Assembly: GCF_006345805.1 (NCBI RefSeq)
Contig: NC_043006.1
Coordinates: forward strand, 100,564,001 to 100,628,000
Source of the DNA: Octopus sinensis
Lineage: Eukaryota
Direction: 5' to 3'
DNA: 64,000 bases
Shown here: one piece after another, positions 50,606-64,000 of the stretch
Layout of the letters: each line of letters starts with the position of its first letter
Position numbering within the stretch: position 1 is the first letter of the stretch
Translations under genes and position numbers: made by a program
The notes under the pieces: generated by a model
Database searches by the model: none
What the model saw: the letters and a program-made list of their open reading frames with translations, nothing else
What the model was told of the DNA's origin: nothing

Positions 50606-50944
50606 ATGTCTCTTAATTTTCTGTCCTCTACATTGATTGACTATGTTTAGATCGACGGTGGAGCCATCACAGAAAAGAAACACTTTCATCTCATCATAAG
50701 TATAGGTATTTCTTGGCTTGTTATATTATTTGTATTATAGCGAGACCATTCATTTTCGGACTTTATATTCTTCATCTTCTTCTTCAATGGGTTATAATCT
50801 TCTTTCGTTTTTATTACCATATACAAACATTTGAACTCACCAAATATCAGTTCATTATTGCCAGAATATTCAACGATGAGATCATACGGCTCTCTTTCTC
50901 CCCTTCACTCTTTCATTCCTTATCTCTCTCTCTCTCTTTCTCTG

Positions 50945-50946
50945 TC

Positions 50947-50999
<53 letters not shown>

Positions 51000-51193
51000 A
51001 TATATATGTATGTATATATGTATATTGGTCAATATTTCCACCATAAAAGATTTAGGTTTTTTATGAAGACGAGCGAAAATAAAAGATACTGTCTCAGGTT
51101 TGGAAAATCCTGTTTTTTATAGCACAGACATTACAGCAAGGGTGTATGTATGCATACATACATATATACATACATACATACATATATATATTA

Positions 51194-51253
<60 letters not shown>

Positions 51254-51309
51254 CATATATATATACATATATATATATATACATACATACATACATATAT
51301 ATATATATA

Positions 51310-51399
<90 letters not shown>

Positions 51400-51400
51400 G
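50945..51400. repeat. (TA)n/(TACA)n microsatellites
   Basis: Direct inspection. Confidence 0.93.
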
Positions 51401-51795
51401 GCATATATTTATGTGCGTGTGTTTGTGTATGTATGTGTGTTTACGCGTTTGCATGCATATATATGTACGTGTTTACCATACATATAAACATGCATACATA
51501 AAAACATACATATGTAATACAATTTCAGGTTTATACCTGTAAGCATTGGGGCCCTGAGATACGTAACACTCTGACTAAATACCAATCTTGAGAAATTAGT
51601 TTTCTCAAAACCAGTAAGTAGACACCTAATTCGAAGACTGGTGATCTACTCCATCATTCGAACTGTAAAAATCTGTAAAACTTCCCATAAATTTATCATT
51701 TAAATATATATGACCTCGTATAAATATGCAACTATATGCATGAGAATACATACATAAAACGTACAAATTTGCACATACATATATAAACACATGTA

Positions 51796-52218
51796 GGTGT
51801 AGGAGTGGCTGTATCGTAAGTAGCTTGCTTACGAACTACATGGTTTAGGGTTCAGTCCCACTGCGTGCGACCTTGGGCAAGTGCCTTCTACTATAGCCTC
51901 GGGCCGACGAAAGCCTTGTGAGTGGATTTGGTAGACGGAAACAGAAAGAAACCCGTCGTATATATGTATGTGCGTGTGTGTGTGTGTGTGTGTATGTTTG
52001 TGTGTTTGTGTTTGTACTCCCAACATCGCTTGACAACCGATGCTGGTGTGTTTACGTCCCCGTAACATAGCAGTTCCGCAAAAAAGAGACCGATGGAATA
52101 AGTACTAGGCTTATAAAGAATAAGTCCTGGGGTCGATTTGCTCGACTAAAAGGTGGTGCCCCAGCATGGCCACATACAAATGATTGAAACAAGTAAAAGA
52201 GTAAAATACTAAAAAGAG
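51796..52218 (+). mobile_element. SINE family A (diverged)
   Basis: Full family A layout. Confidence 0.88.
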
Positions 52219-52237
52219 TATATATACACACAAAAAT

Positions 52238-52342
52238 ACCCTGTTGTTGATGTTGAAATTCCAATGAAGGAGTCTTGAATCAACGTTAGAAACTGGTTCT
52301 TTCTCTATTGGCAAGAAACCTTGAAATAAACTGAATAATGAC
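52238..52342 (+). mobile_element. Short repeat homologous to 12982-13082
   Basis: accctgttgtt...aattccaatgaaggagtcttgaatc...ttagaaactgg...ttggcaagaaaccttgaaataaactgaa. Confidence 0.7.
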
Positions 52343-52850
52343 AATCACAACGAATACAAGTCACAGCTCACAATGCGTACAAATAACAGCTGAAGAAACT
52401 TAACCTTGCAGTCGAAGGCTGATCTTCAGCGCGGCTCCTTGCACTTTCGGTCGCTTATACTCGAAAGGATTTGAGGTAACCTTTAAACTCCTCACAAACT
52501 CATGCAAGCACAGACACACACACACCCCACACACATATACATGCGTACATACACACACACACACAAACACACACATACATACACGCACATAGATACACAC
52601 ATATATGCATGTGTATTTTTACATACATACATACGTATGTATATATACATACATACTCATACACATATATGCATGTATGTCTATATATATATGTACTTTA
52701 TATTTAAATTTATACATATTTACATATATTTTTATATATATTTATATTTATTTACATATATTTTTAATACCATAAGTATTTTCACACGGGTATATCGTTA
52801 TGATGCGTTTGGATATTAATTTCCTTATATTAATAATAATAATATATTAT

Positions 52851-52883
<33 letters not shown>

Positions 52884-52894
52884 TACCCACACTA

Positions 52895-52901
52895 GATAGA
52901 C

Positions 52902-52990
<89 letters not shown>

Positions 52991-53032
52991 TAGATAGATA
53001 GATAGATAGATAGATAATATAGATAGATAGAT

Positions 53033-53073
<41 letters not shown>

Positions 53074-53074
53074 C

Positions 53075-53145
<71 letters not shown>
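52895..53145. repeat. (GATA)n microsatellite
   Basis: Direct inspection. Confidence 0.97.
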
Positions 53146-53330
53146 CTTTATCTTTTACTTTTTCCAGTCATTGGACTCTGATCATGCTTGGACACTGCCT
53201 CAGAGGAACTAGTTGAACAAATCGTCCCCGGTGCTTATTTCTTTCTAAGTCATTATGTTACTGGAACGTAAGCAAAACAACACAAGTTGTATAGCAGTGG
53301 TGGAGGGCGAATGCAAATAGAAAATCACTC
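53146..53330 (-). mobile_element. 3' part of a SINE A-related element
   Basis: Reverse complement gives aataagcaccggggacgatttgttcaact...cagtgtccaagcatg...tgactggaaaaagtaaaagataaa, paralleling the family A tail. Confidence 0.6.
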
Positions 53331-53373
53331 ACATCACACACACACATACTCACAATTCTATATATGTAAGTAT

Positions 53374-53520
53374 ACGATATGGTGCTGAAACGTTCCTAGC
53401 TTTAAGGGTATCGTGAAAGGCGTTGGTTGGGGGTGAGCAAATTCCGATTTCTTTTTCAGGGCTTAGATAAACTGAAGAACCACTACTAAAACAGACCACT
53501 ACAAGCGAAAGCGTCTATTA
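53374..53520 (+). mobile_element. Possible mariner-derived fragment
   Basis: tacga...gctgaaacgttcctagctttaagg resembles a mariner TIR; only one end seen. Confidence 0.35.
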
Positions 53521-53921
53521 CAATAGGATGAGAGAAATTGTATACCAAATTCCCCCTTTTTTTTACTATTTTCATTTCACACTTTTTATTCAGTATGACT
53601 TGTCGAATTCCACTAAAATTAATGGACTTTGTACATTCAAACAAATTGATATACAGTTATAATTTTATTGACTGCTTTGAACATTCAAACCTTCTGTTTT
53701 GAACATGTTAATTTATCAACATTGAAACATTTTAATTTGTCAACATTGAAATATTTAAAGATGTTTTTCTAATTTTAAACTTTTACCAATATTGTTGAAA
53801 TTAGTTCGGTATATATGTAAATAAATGCATTTTGAACATTTAAGAGTTTTTGAAATTTAGGCTCAATTACAACAACATATTTTCCTATATTTTTCCTGCG
53901 TAAAAACAACCCCCTCTTTGG

Positions 53922-53972
<51 letters not shown>

Positions 53973-55402
53973 ACATATATATATTCCATTCCACTCTTCT
54001 TTCTTTCATATCACGAAAATTATCTAAAATTATCTAAGTATTGTAAGTTTTTAGATAATTTTCGGTTTTTAAAAGTTGGCATTTTTTTATTGCTGGCGAA
54101 GGGCTGCGGCTGCGCAGTAGATTTTGAAAAGATTATGATGTAAAAACAAGAGGCACATAATTTGATCAACTCGTGTTTATACGTTTAACCTTAAGTGTTC
54201 CTGCTGAAGACGATTTCACCTAGCGAGTATATGTTATTCATTTACTTGCTAAACTAAAATCAAAAACCAATTGGTCAAGGAAACTAGATGGTAAAATGTT
54301 TTTATTTTTTCATTTCGTTCCTGTCGAATTTTATCCCTAATTTTGTGGTTATAGTACCTAGCTGTTCTTTCTAGCGTGTTGAATCCCACGAGTAGATTCC
54401 TCATATGTTTAAATGTACACTGTATTATATATATATATATATATATATATAGCGGCGTACGTACACTTTGCTCTCTTATATGTAAGTACAAATTTTTCTA
54501 AATCTTGTATGACTATTTCTGTCTCTTTCACGCTTATTCGTTAATTCCACTTTTCGTTCTTTCGTTCCGCCTCTCTCGCATTTCTTTGCCTTCTCTTCTT
54601 ACTCACGTTCTCTCCAATTTTCACTTCACTGTACCCCTGTCCTTTTTTCTTTCTCCTCCATAATTCTTCTGTACCTCTGCTTCTCCTTGTCTCTCTTCTC
54701 TTTCCATGTCACCGCCGGTCAACCTAGCCTATTCTTTCGTTTTTGATCTGACTGCCGTCCGTGCAACATTGTTATTCTTCCCAGTTTTTGTGGAACCTTA
54801 GTATCTCTGCCGTAAGGCTTCATTTCCACACGCGCCAGCTTGATTCAATTCGTCCTTAGTCAAAAGACACCAGTTGTTATGTCCTGTTATTATTTTTATT
54901 GTATTTATATGTGTAACCTTGTCCGTTTTTCCGTCCATTTTTTGTATACATTCGCTGCTTTCTTCCAATGAATCTAATGCTCGTAGCTTAGTTATTTCTT
55001 GGGTCTGGGTATTTTGGAGCGATCTCCAGAATATTCAGCCGAAATTGCGAGGATAATTGACTGAGGATAGAAGACTTCGAATGACCCGTCCTTGTTTTCT
55101 TTGTGTCGTCTATATGGATGTTTTGTTGTCACTTTTCGTATCACCTAACTATCCGAATGTTTTGCATTTTGTCCCATTTTGTATTATATTATATATATAT
55201 ATATTATATATATATATATATATACTTTCCGGACGATTAGGGTCCCTGCTAGGTTTCATTCGTGTAAGTTAACTCCAGCATTAGAAAGGTTTAGCTTTTA
55301 TTTTTAACATTTGAAATTCTCATGTTTGTGTGAAATATGCGAACTACTGTTTATATTAATTATATATATATGTATATATATATATATATAATATATATAG
55401 AT

Positions 55403-55433
<31 letters not shown>

Positions 55434-55440
55434 CATATAC

Positions 55441-55475
<35 letters not shown>

Positions 55476-55527
55476 ACATATACATATATATATATATATA
55501 TATATTATATATTATATATATATATAC

Positions 55528-55581
<54 letters not shown>

Positions 55582-55614
55582 GTGGTGTGTATATATACAT
55601 ATTATGTACGTATA

Positions 55615-55832
55615 TATCGGTTCCTACGCTTTGTTGGGGAGAGGAACAAAGACAGACACGCAAACATACATACACACACACACACATATCCAGATACACA
55701 TATCCACTCACAAGGCTTGGTCAGCCCAAGGCTATAGTAGAAAATACTCGCCCAAGGTGCCACGCAGTAGGACTGACCCCAGAACCATGTGATTGGTAAT
55801 CAAGCTACTTACCACCCAGCCACTCCTGCGGC
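55615..55832 (-). mobile_element. SINE family A, partial with internal deletion
   Basis: cactcacaaggcttggtc.gccc.aggctatagtagaa...cccaaggtgccacgcagt.ggactga.ccc.gaaccatgtg...agctacttaccac.cagccactcctgcg. Confidence 0.85.
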
Positions 55833-55957
55833 TATATGTATGTGTGTATACACACACACACACACACACATATATGATATATATATATATATATATACGT
55901 TTAAATATGACCATTCCAAATACAATAATATATATATGTTATGTATGTATATATATA

Positions 55958-55992
<35 letters not shown>

Positions 55993-55994
<2 letters not shown>

Positions 55995-56250
55995 AGGGAA
56001 AGTTTACGAAAAAAACAAAAGACGAAGACAGGTGGTGTACAAACAAACAAATGTATTAGTATTGCGCTCAGGAATAGAAAAAGATTTTACGTTTCAAGCC
56101 TACGCTCTTCTACAGAAAGATACACAGAAAAAACAAGAAGAGAAGCAACGATCTATCATGGCGTCTGACTTCGGACAGAATGGTCAAACGCGAGAGGGGA
56201 CAGTAGGGGAGATAACAGGGTCAAGTGACTTCCAATACGAAAGAGCCCTC
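55993..56250 (-). mobile_element. Short (TA)n-flanked unit with hammerhead-like core
   Basis: Minus 56115-56090 reads ctgtaga-a-gagc-gtag-gctt-gaaacg; shares cgctcaggaa with 10617-10960. Confidence 0.55.
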
Positions 56251-57499
56251 AACACAAGGGTGCGTGTGTGTATAAGAGAGTATGTATGTGCGTGTAAAAG
56301 AGGGCTGGTGGTCTGGACGTGTGAGTGTATGTGTGTGTGGGTGTAAAGATTGGGGATGGGTGTGTGGGTTGCGTGTGGGGAGGTGGGGAGGCCTGTGATG
56401 TTGTAGGGTGTCGTGTAGTGTGGTATACATATACATACATTATATATATATATATATATAATATATATATATATATATACATATATATAATATATATACA
56501 TATATGCGTTTAAGTTCCTATGCATATATGAACTATATATTGTGTAAACACGTACACGCATGTGTGTATTAATGTGTATGTTATGTGGCTGTTTGTGGTT
56601 CTTTTGAACGTGTATAAAACAATGTCCTCGTTGCTTTTGATATCGATTTCTTTACATGAAGTACCGTTGAGTGTGGTTGTGTGAAGTGCCGCTATGTATG
56701 CGTGTGTGTGTTTACTTGTATCTGGTCGTTGTTGTTCTTCACTTGGATAAACCTTGTAGGAAAATCCGTCGTAATGTCTTGCAGAAACACGTAATGCAAG
56801 TAGCATTCCCAGCACCGCCAATCTTGCACCACTAACACCACCACCATCACGACCACTGTCGCAGTTATAACGAGTAATCACTACAGCAGTAGCGCAGCGA
56901 TAACAGCATCTTGAATATCACTACTAATCCCACCATTGTTAAGATCACTATCGTCATTACCATCATCACCATCTTCTTCGTTATCATCATCATCATCATC
57001 ATTCTCCTCATTATCAATAGGAGTTGTAAATATAGGTTAACAATCTTGCATTTTTTTCTTCAAAAGAACCACCATGCGTTGAAGCGACATCAAGTGAAAC
57101 TGAGAAAATATTTTTATTGCTTGCGGAAATTTTTTGCTGATCAACCAAAATTGTTGAAAACGGCATCAAAGAGATGCCATTTTGGAATGCTATCCACTAC
57201 AAGAGCATAGGAACATATCAAGCTCAATCTTGAATCAAGAACACTAATAATATGATAGAGCAGACTTCTTGGTTTTAAGATTAAATCATCGAAAAGTGAT
57301 GACACACTGCAACCGAAAATAAAGTAAACATATATATAAATATAAAAAAATTAAATTAAATTTGATAAATATCAGTGAGGTACTTTTGAAATTCTCAAGC
57401 AGAATATTTCTCCATTTCTTCCTTTTTTGTTTTTGGTTATATGTATTTGTTTATAATGTACTTATTGTTTGATGCTGGTGCTGTTTTGATGTCATATAT

Positions 57500-57876
57500 A
57501 TCTGTATGTATGTATGTATGTATGTATGTATGTATGTATGTATGTATGTATGTATGTATGTATGTACGTATCTATATATCTATCTATTCATCTATCTATC
57601 TATGTATCTATCTATTTATCAATTTATCCATCTATCTATCTATGCATGTCTATATGTATGAATATATTTAAATATATTTAATATACACACATATATTCCA
57701 TCACATATATCATATATACATATGATCTACACACGCACACACATAGATATATGTATGTCTGTATACACACATATCAATACATGTGTATATACATTTGTGT
57801 GCATAAATATGTATGTGTTTATATATATACATACATTTATATTCATATATATTTATACACAAACTCACACATACAG

Positions 57877-57959
<83 letters not shown>

Positions 57960-57960
57960 G
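57500..57960. repeat. (TATG)n/(TATC)n/(TA)n microsatellites
   Basis: Direct inspection. Confidence 0.9.
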
Positions 57961-58671
57961 TATTATGCATAAATTCATCTGTTTATTCATCTTTTTATTA
58001 CTCTGGAAATCTGTACAGCTGATGCAAAATATAAGGATAGACCGAGCAAAAAAGAAGATGAAGAAAATCAAGTAATGCATCAAAGTAGTTTTGAGTTAGA
58101 ACGATGAAGAATCGCAAGAACCAAAATTGTGGAAGGATTAAGAGTGAATAATAAAGATATAATGAAAATAAATGTAAAACCAAAACTAACAAGTAGGAAA
58201 CAATGGCGTATGTTTAATGAGATTTTACGACCTAATGATAGTTTCTTGTCATAAATGCATGTATATACAAGCATATACGTAGGCACGTAGACAAGAAATA
58301 ATAAAATAAAACACACACAAATGCAGAGAAGTCCATACGCGTATGCGTATAGATATAACACAGACTTACTGCAACACTTCCCACGAAAGAGTCCTTAGTT
58401 AGCAACTTAACCTCTTAAAAGTGGCGGTGATATCTATTTCTGCTGCGTTTAGAAAAGAAAAAATTATTAAAATAGCGTATTCTTAGATACGCAAAACCGA
58501 GGAAATAGTTATAGCTACACTGCGATTGGTTATAGATCACTTTGGTCAGGCCTGGTTTGTAGCTAAACTACAGCGACAGCAATGCCCACAATCAACAAAT
58601 ATACACATACGCTTGGGCATATTCAAAGAATATAGAATGAAATACACACAAATAAATATAAATATATAGTA

Positions 58672-59073
58672 GGCGCAGGAGTGGCTGTGTGGTAAGTAGC
58701 TTGTTTACCAACCACATGGTTCCGGGTTCAGTCCCACTGCGTAGCATCTTGGGCAAGTGTCTTCTGCTATAGCCCCGGGCCGACCAAAGCCTTGTGAGTG
58801 GATTTGGTAGACGGAAACTGAAAGAATCCTGTCGTATATATGTATATATATATGTGTGTGTATGTTTGTGTGTCTGTGTTTGTCCCCCTAGCATTGTTTG
58901 ACAACCGATGCTGGTGTGTTACGTCCCCAACACTTAGCGGTTAGGCAAAAGAGACCGATAGAATAAGTACTGGGTTTAGAAAGAATAAGTCCTGGGGTCG
59001 ATTTGCTCGACTAAAGGCGGTGCTCCAGCATGGCCGCAGTCAAATGACTGAAACAAGTAAAAGAGTAAAGAGT
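58672..59073 (+). mobile_element. SINE family A, full length
   Basis: Near-identical to 16271-16693. Confidence 0.92.
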
Positions 59074-59296
59074 ATATGGAATGAACTGTACATTATACTA
59101 AATAACTAATAACATTTTGAATAAGCACCATCTGACTTAAATATTTGTGAGTGCAGTACATGTCCACATCCATAGTTATACGGAAATGAAAAGAAATTTT
59201 CAAACGGCTTCTATGTGAAAACATTTATGACCCAATGGGATAGTCCAGATCTTGTAGATTCTTTATCTGGCAAATGATAATAATTAGTATTAATAT

Positions 59297-59484
59297 ATTT
59301 TCTACTACAGGCACAATTTTGAGGTCGGACGTAGTCGATTACGTCCACTTCACTACTTAACTGGTACTTATTTTATTGACTCCGGAAAGATAAAAAGTAA
59401 AGTCGATTTCGGAGAAATTTGAACTCAGAACGTAAAGACGGACGAAATGCCGCTCAGCCTTTTGCCCGGCGTGCTAACGATTCT
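59297..59484 (-). mobile_element. SINE-B copy, old-type tail
   Basis: ctggtacttattttattgac, aatttgaactcagaacgtaaagacggacgaaatgccgct, ttttgcccggcgtgctaacgattc. Confidence 0.82.
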
Positions 59485-59681
59485 TCAACCTGATTTTTTA
59501 TACATGTTCGCTCGAGGGGATAGCGCGGATAGGATGTTGAAGTCAGTCGATGTTGTGTGGAGTATAATTCAGCGACAACAGTTACCAAGTTGTTTGGTTA
59601 CAATCTCACTACATATATATATATCCCAAAAGGGATTAGATACCCTGCAATTGTGAACGTGTGTGTATGTATGTGTGTGTG

Positions 59682-59723
<42 letters not shown>

Positions 59724-61289
59724 CTAGGTCTACTGTGGTATTTCCGTGTTTCCAGTAGCCAATGACTTGAAATTAAGTACCATATCGTATCTCTGGTATC
59801 AAAAGTATGATAGGTCAAATTTCTAATTGCTGCAAATTCTTGGGATATATATATATATATATATATATATAGTGTCATATATTCTGACACTCTATGAATT
59901 CTCTAATATGCGTTCTACAAGCTGAACTAACTTTTCAACGCTAAATGCTGGCTAATCAACCTCTGTAAGAGCGAAATAAGCATGTAAAGAAGCCATGAAG
60001 AACTATGACTACTACAGTGTTGAGTCAATGGAATTCCAGCACTGCTGTAGTAGACTGCTTCCTCTTGCAATTTCACCCAATTTGATGTAAATTTCTACTT
60101 TTAAATAATGAAATTCCTCCGTTTCAAAACTAACCACCTCGATATCAGATGTTTTACAAACGCTAGGCTAGGAATCACTCGTATTTCACATTGATTGCAA
60201 GGAAAGGCAACAGAGCCACGACTCAGTTGAGGATGCCGAATTCGTTGTTTATTTGTTCTAGGTACACTAAAACACTATATACAGTCACAGCTGAGCCCAG
60301 TACAGGGATGGTGACCTGCTAATTTTTCTTTACTTGAACAGTGACGGAACAAATATGTTATGGGTGAATCTTATGAAAATCTCCAAAGAATTATACCTAA
60401 ATATAACTGCTACCATCAGCTTATACAAAGGTCAATTTTGACTCGTCTGACTTCAAGGTACTTTACCGATCTGACTTAAACCAATGTGTATACTGTTTGG
60501 TAGAGGAAAGGTTACACAAGCTCACACTTCTTTAGGCGTAATTTTTCAATGTAAAGCCAAAAACCCAAATGTGGTATTTCTAGCGAGCATCATTCATGAT
60601 GTTACCGGCGGTCATTCACTGCTTTTTAAATCGACAAACAGGATATCTGCTACTCTTTTCTTTTCGTAGTTATTCAAGAAAGCATTTATCGAAGGCAGTC
60701 ACAATTGCAAGTTTCATTAAAGATGTCCTCAACAAGGAGTGACACTTACTACTTCAACATTTATGGTTAAGACCGTTTAAGGTTTGCAATTGGACCATTC
60801 TGGATCACAGTATTGATTATAATATTTTTCGCATACTCACGGAAACAGATCTAATGATAATGTTATCAGATAGTTAGTAACAGATTTAATTCATTTCTTC
60901 AAGTAATTTCTAAATTTTATTGATGAATATAATATGAGTTATTTGAATGTGTCACACTTCCATTTTTTTAGCCTTAGTTTGTAATTGGGTTACTTCTTAA
61001 GACATAGTTCACCGTAGAACAGACACTCTTAAAAACTATGCCACTAATGAGTTTTTTCCTAACTACATATGCTAACTTGAAAGCTTAAACATCACTCAGG
61101 ATTTCCAAGTTATAAGTAAAATTCCATGTTTTGGACATGATGTGTAAGTTACGCACCGATACAAAAAATATTTAAAATGTTTTAAAAGCTGCATATTTTG
61201 AAAGTAATTATGTTATCGTTTACATAGCGTCGAAACAATATTCAATGTCGTAATTATCTAAAAAATTTCAACATATCTGAGTACACACA

Positions 61290-61292
61290 TAC

Positions 61293-61323
<31 letters not shown>

Positions 61324-61458
61324 TGTATGTATGTATGTATGTATGTATGTATGTATGTATGTACGTACGTACGTATGTATGTATGTATGTATGTATAACA
61401 TTGAAACAATATTTAATGTAATTGTCTTAAAAATTTTCAAAATATCTGAACACACCAA

Positions 61459-61491
<33 letters not shown>

Positions 61492-61513
61492 CAATTTTTT
61501 ATGTGTATGCGTG

Positions 61514-61549
<36 letters not shown>

Positions 61550-61620
61550 AATCGGAAAATAGAATGAGAGAAAGAGAAAGAGAAAGAGAGAGGTAGATAG
61601 AGAGAGAGAGAGAAGAAGCA
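61290..61620. repeat. (TATG)n, (CA)n and (GA)n microsatellites
   Basis: Direct inspection. Confidence 0.92.
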
Positions 61621-63552
61621 AGTAACAGTAGAAAGCTTTGTATGTGTGTATAAATTGCACTAGTCTAGAAATTGTGTTCTACGTGGCTTAACAGATACCA
61701 ACTATACGCAGCAATACGCGCGTTCGCTTGTGAGTGTCTGCAGCCGTCTGTTTGAACACACACACGCACATATTAGAGCTACAATTAAATTTTTAAAAAG
61801 TCACACTGTCAATCACCTCTGGATGTGTAGATTGTTATAGCGGAAATAGCTGTAAGCTAATGAATATGATTATGTAACTACTGTTCTATCCTTTACACTC
61901 ATAATATACACTCATTTATTCATATACATTCATGAGTTCAAAGATACATACATTCATTACATAGAAACATACATATATTCATGTATACAACAATACGCAC
62001 GTATATACCTACCTACCAACCTACATACATACATACATACATCATACATACATACATACTACATACATACATACATATATACATATACACACATATGTAC
62101 GTACGTATAAACATACATTCTTACACACACGTGTACATATACACTCAGTACCGGAGGGTTATTTTCAAGATGATAATATATTAAAATCTGAGAAAGATTA
62201 GAGATGAATATAATTTGTAATAGAAACCAATGTCTGAATCTCTTATTCCTGTCGTCGACAGAAGTGGAGATGAGAAACTCAGAGCTGCTCACACTCTATT
62301 TTATAAGTTTTATAGCCTCTGGAATTTTTCATTACGTTAATTTCATATTTCGTTATGAGCTCCAGTTTTCAGTTTGTCAGTAACACACTACCAGGTCCAT
62401 TCAACTTTTTGGGATCTTCAGAAGCCAATATTGTAGATGAAAAATTGGTGTATGTCATCAGCATTTAGGGTAGAAAATATGGACATTGATATTTGTGGGT
62501 CATGACAGTTATATTAGTCATAACATTACTGTCTAGTCTGAAATTTTCACTCCCAGAAATTTACTTTCATCTGACAGACAAAATAGTTTTGTTTCGGTTT
62601 GATTTGGTTTTGGGTGAGTACATTACACGTGTCACTAATTTTAGTTTTGTTTTATACTACTAGTAGCTCTCGTACTATCATTGCATGTGAATTGGCGGAA
62701 TAGTTAAAGCATTGGATAGATTATATTCTCTGCATTCAGAGTTTAAATATTACTCAAGACGCAATTTACTTCTTAAATAAATCAATAAAATAAGGATCCA
62801 CAACAGGAAGAAGTACATTTTATTTTTATTGGCTCTTAGTTAGGAAGGGAAGCACGCGATCCTTTCTACATAGCTTCTGGGACTTGTGATAGATGAAGAC
62901 ATCCCCAAACCAAATCCCTCGCCCGAATGCTTGCAACCGAGTAGACTCTGCTGAAGATAATCGACGTACCAACTGATATTCTTAAACAGGGCAACGGAAT
63001 TTACAATACCATCCAAGGTTCTACCTGTAAAATCGTGTCTCTCCTTTACCTGCTTACGTTCTTTTCCTCTCTCTCTCTCTCTCTCTCTCTGACTTTCTCT
63101 CTCTTCTCCTGTCCTTTTCTCACTGTTTCGCCCGTAACCTCTTGGTATTTGCTTCACACATGAAGCGCCACATCCGTTGATGTACATCACCATCACATCA
63201 ATGAAACAAAAGGACCCTGCACTGAGGCAAATAAGGCGTCGGTAAAGGAGTGCATCACTTTCATCATTAACTATGTGCTTTGGGCAAAAACTCCTGTACA
63301 AGACACGTGTATACCGGGATGACTTCAGCTTAGTTAATTATCTGTCAGTTATATCGGACCAGACTTTTGGTTCCATCCTCATCTAGGTTTTCTTGTACAT
63401 ATTCAGTCTGGTTATTTGCCACGTCACTCTTAAGGAGAATCACGAAGTAAGAGACACTTCGTCATCAAATTAATAAAATGTTTTTTTGTTTTAATGGAAT
63501 TATCCATACTTCAACAAAATGTTCTCCGCATCACAACAATGCGTAGATTATA

Positions 63553-63785
63553 TATTTCTTTACTATCCACAAGGGGCTAAACACAGAGGAGACAAACAAG
63601 GACAGACAAAGGGATTAAGTCGATTACATCGACCCCAGTGCGTAACTGGTACTTAATTTATCGACCTCGGAAGGATGAAAGGCAAAGTCGACCTCGGCGG
63701 AATTTGAACTCGGAACGTAACGGCAGACGAAATACGGCAACGCATTTCGCCCGGCGTGCTAACGTTTCTGCCAGCTCGCCGCCTT
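63553..63785 (-). mobile_element. Young SINE-B copy with 15-bp TSD
   Basis: Full family B layout; TSD aatgcgtagattata at 63538-63552 and 63786-63800. Confidence 0.93.
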
Positions 63786-63834
63786 AATGCGTAGATTATA
63801 GGTTTCTTCTAGTAACACTTGAAGTGATATTACG

Positions 63835-64000
63835 ATGGCGAGCTGGCAGAATCCGCAACACGTCGGACATAACAATTAGCTGCATTTCGTCTGGATTTCC
63901 GCTCTGATTTCAAATTACGCTGAGATCAACTTTGCCTTTCATCTGATCGGAGTCTATAAAATGAGTACCAGTTCAACAGCGGTGTCGATGTAAACGACTT
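63835..64000 (+). mobile_element. SINE-B copy (diverged, runs off the window)
   Basis: ggcgagctggcagaatc head, caactttgcctttcatc, gagtaccagtt. Confidence 0.8.

Overview
This is animal (eukaryotic) genomic DNA, AT-rich and very dense in microsatellites ((TA)n, (TATG)n, (GATA)n, (TAG)n, (GA)n). The repeat complement resembles cephalopod (Octopus-like) genomes; this is an inference from SINE and microsatellite style, not a database result. No host gene could be supported, and most ORFs in the supplied track are microsatellite or antisense artefacts. The window is a nested mobile-element landscape. It holds one near-full-length L1/Tx1-type LINE (38106-43539, +; zinc-knuckle ORF1, APE-RT-CCHC ORF2) sitting in the A-box of a tRNA-type SINE with a 22-bp duplication, and a 5'-truncated relative of that LINE (15401-15960, -). 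It also holds a truncated Penelope-like element (RT + GIY-YIG), a decayed hAT-like transposase, three mariner remnants, two non-autonomous Helitrons, GG-ended elements with 8-bp TSDs, a Charlie-type MITE, four tRNA-type SINE families, short microsatellite-embedded units with hammerhead-like cores, and several local fold-back or inverted duplications. The strongest observation is that the young SINE-B copies end in a 3' tail colinear with the 3' ends of the Tx1-like LINEs (35/44 nt ungapped and co-terminal with one, 24/26 nt with the other) and share a small terminal stem-loop. This suggests a tail-specific SINE/Tx1-LINE partnership without poly(A) tails.
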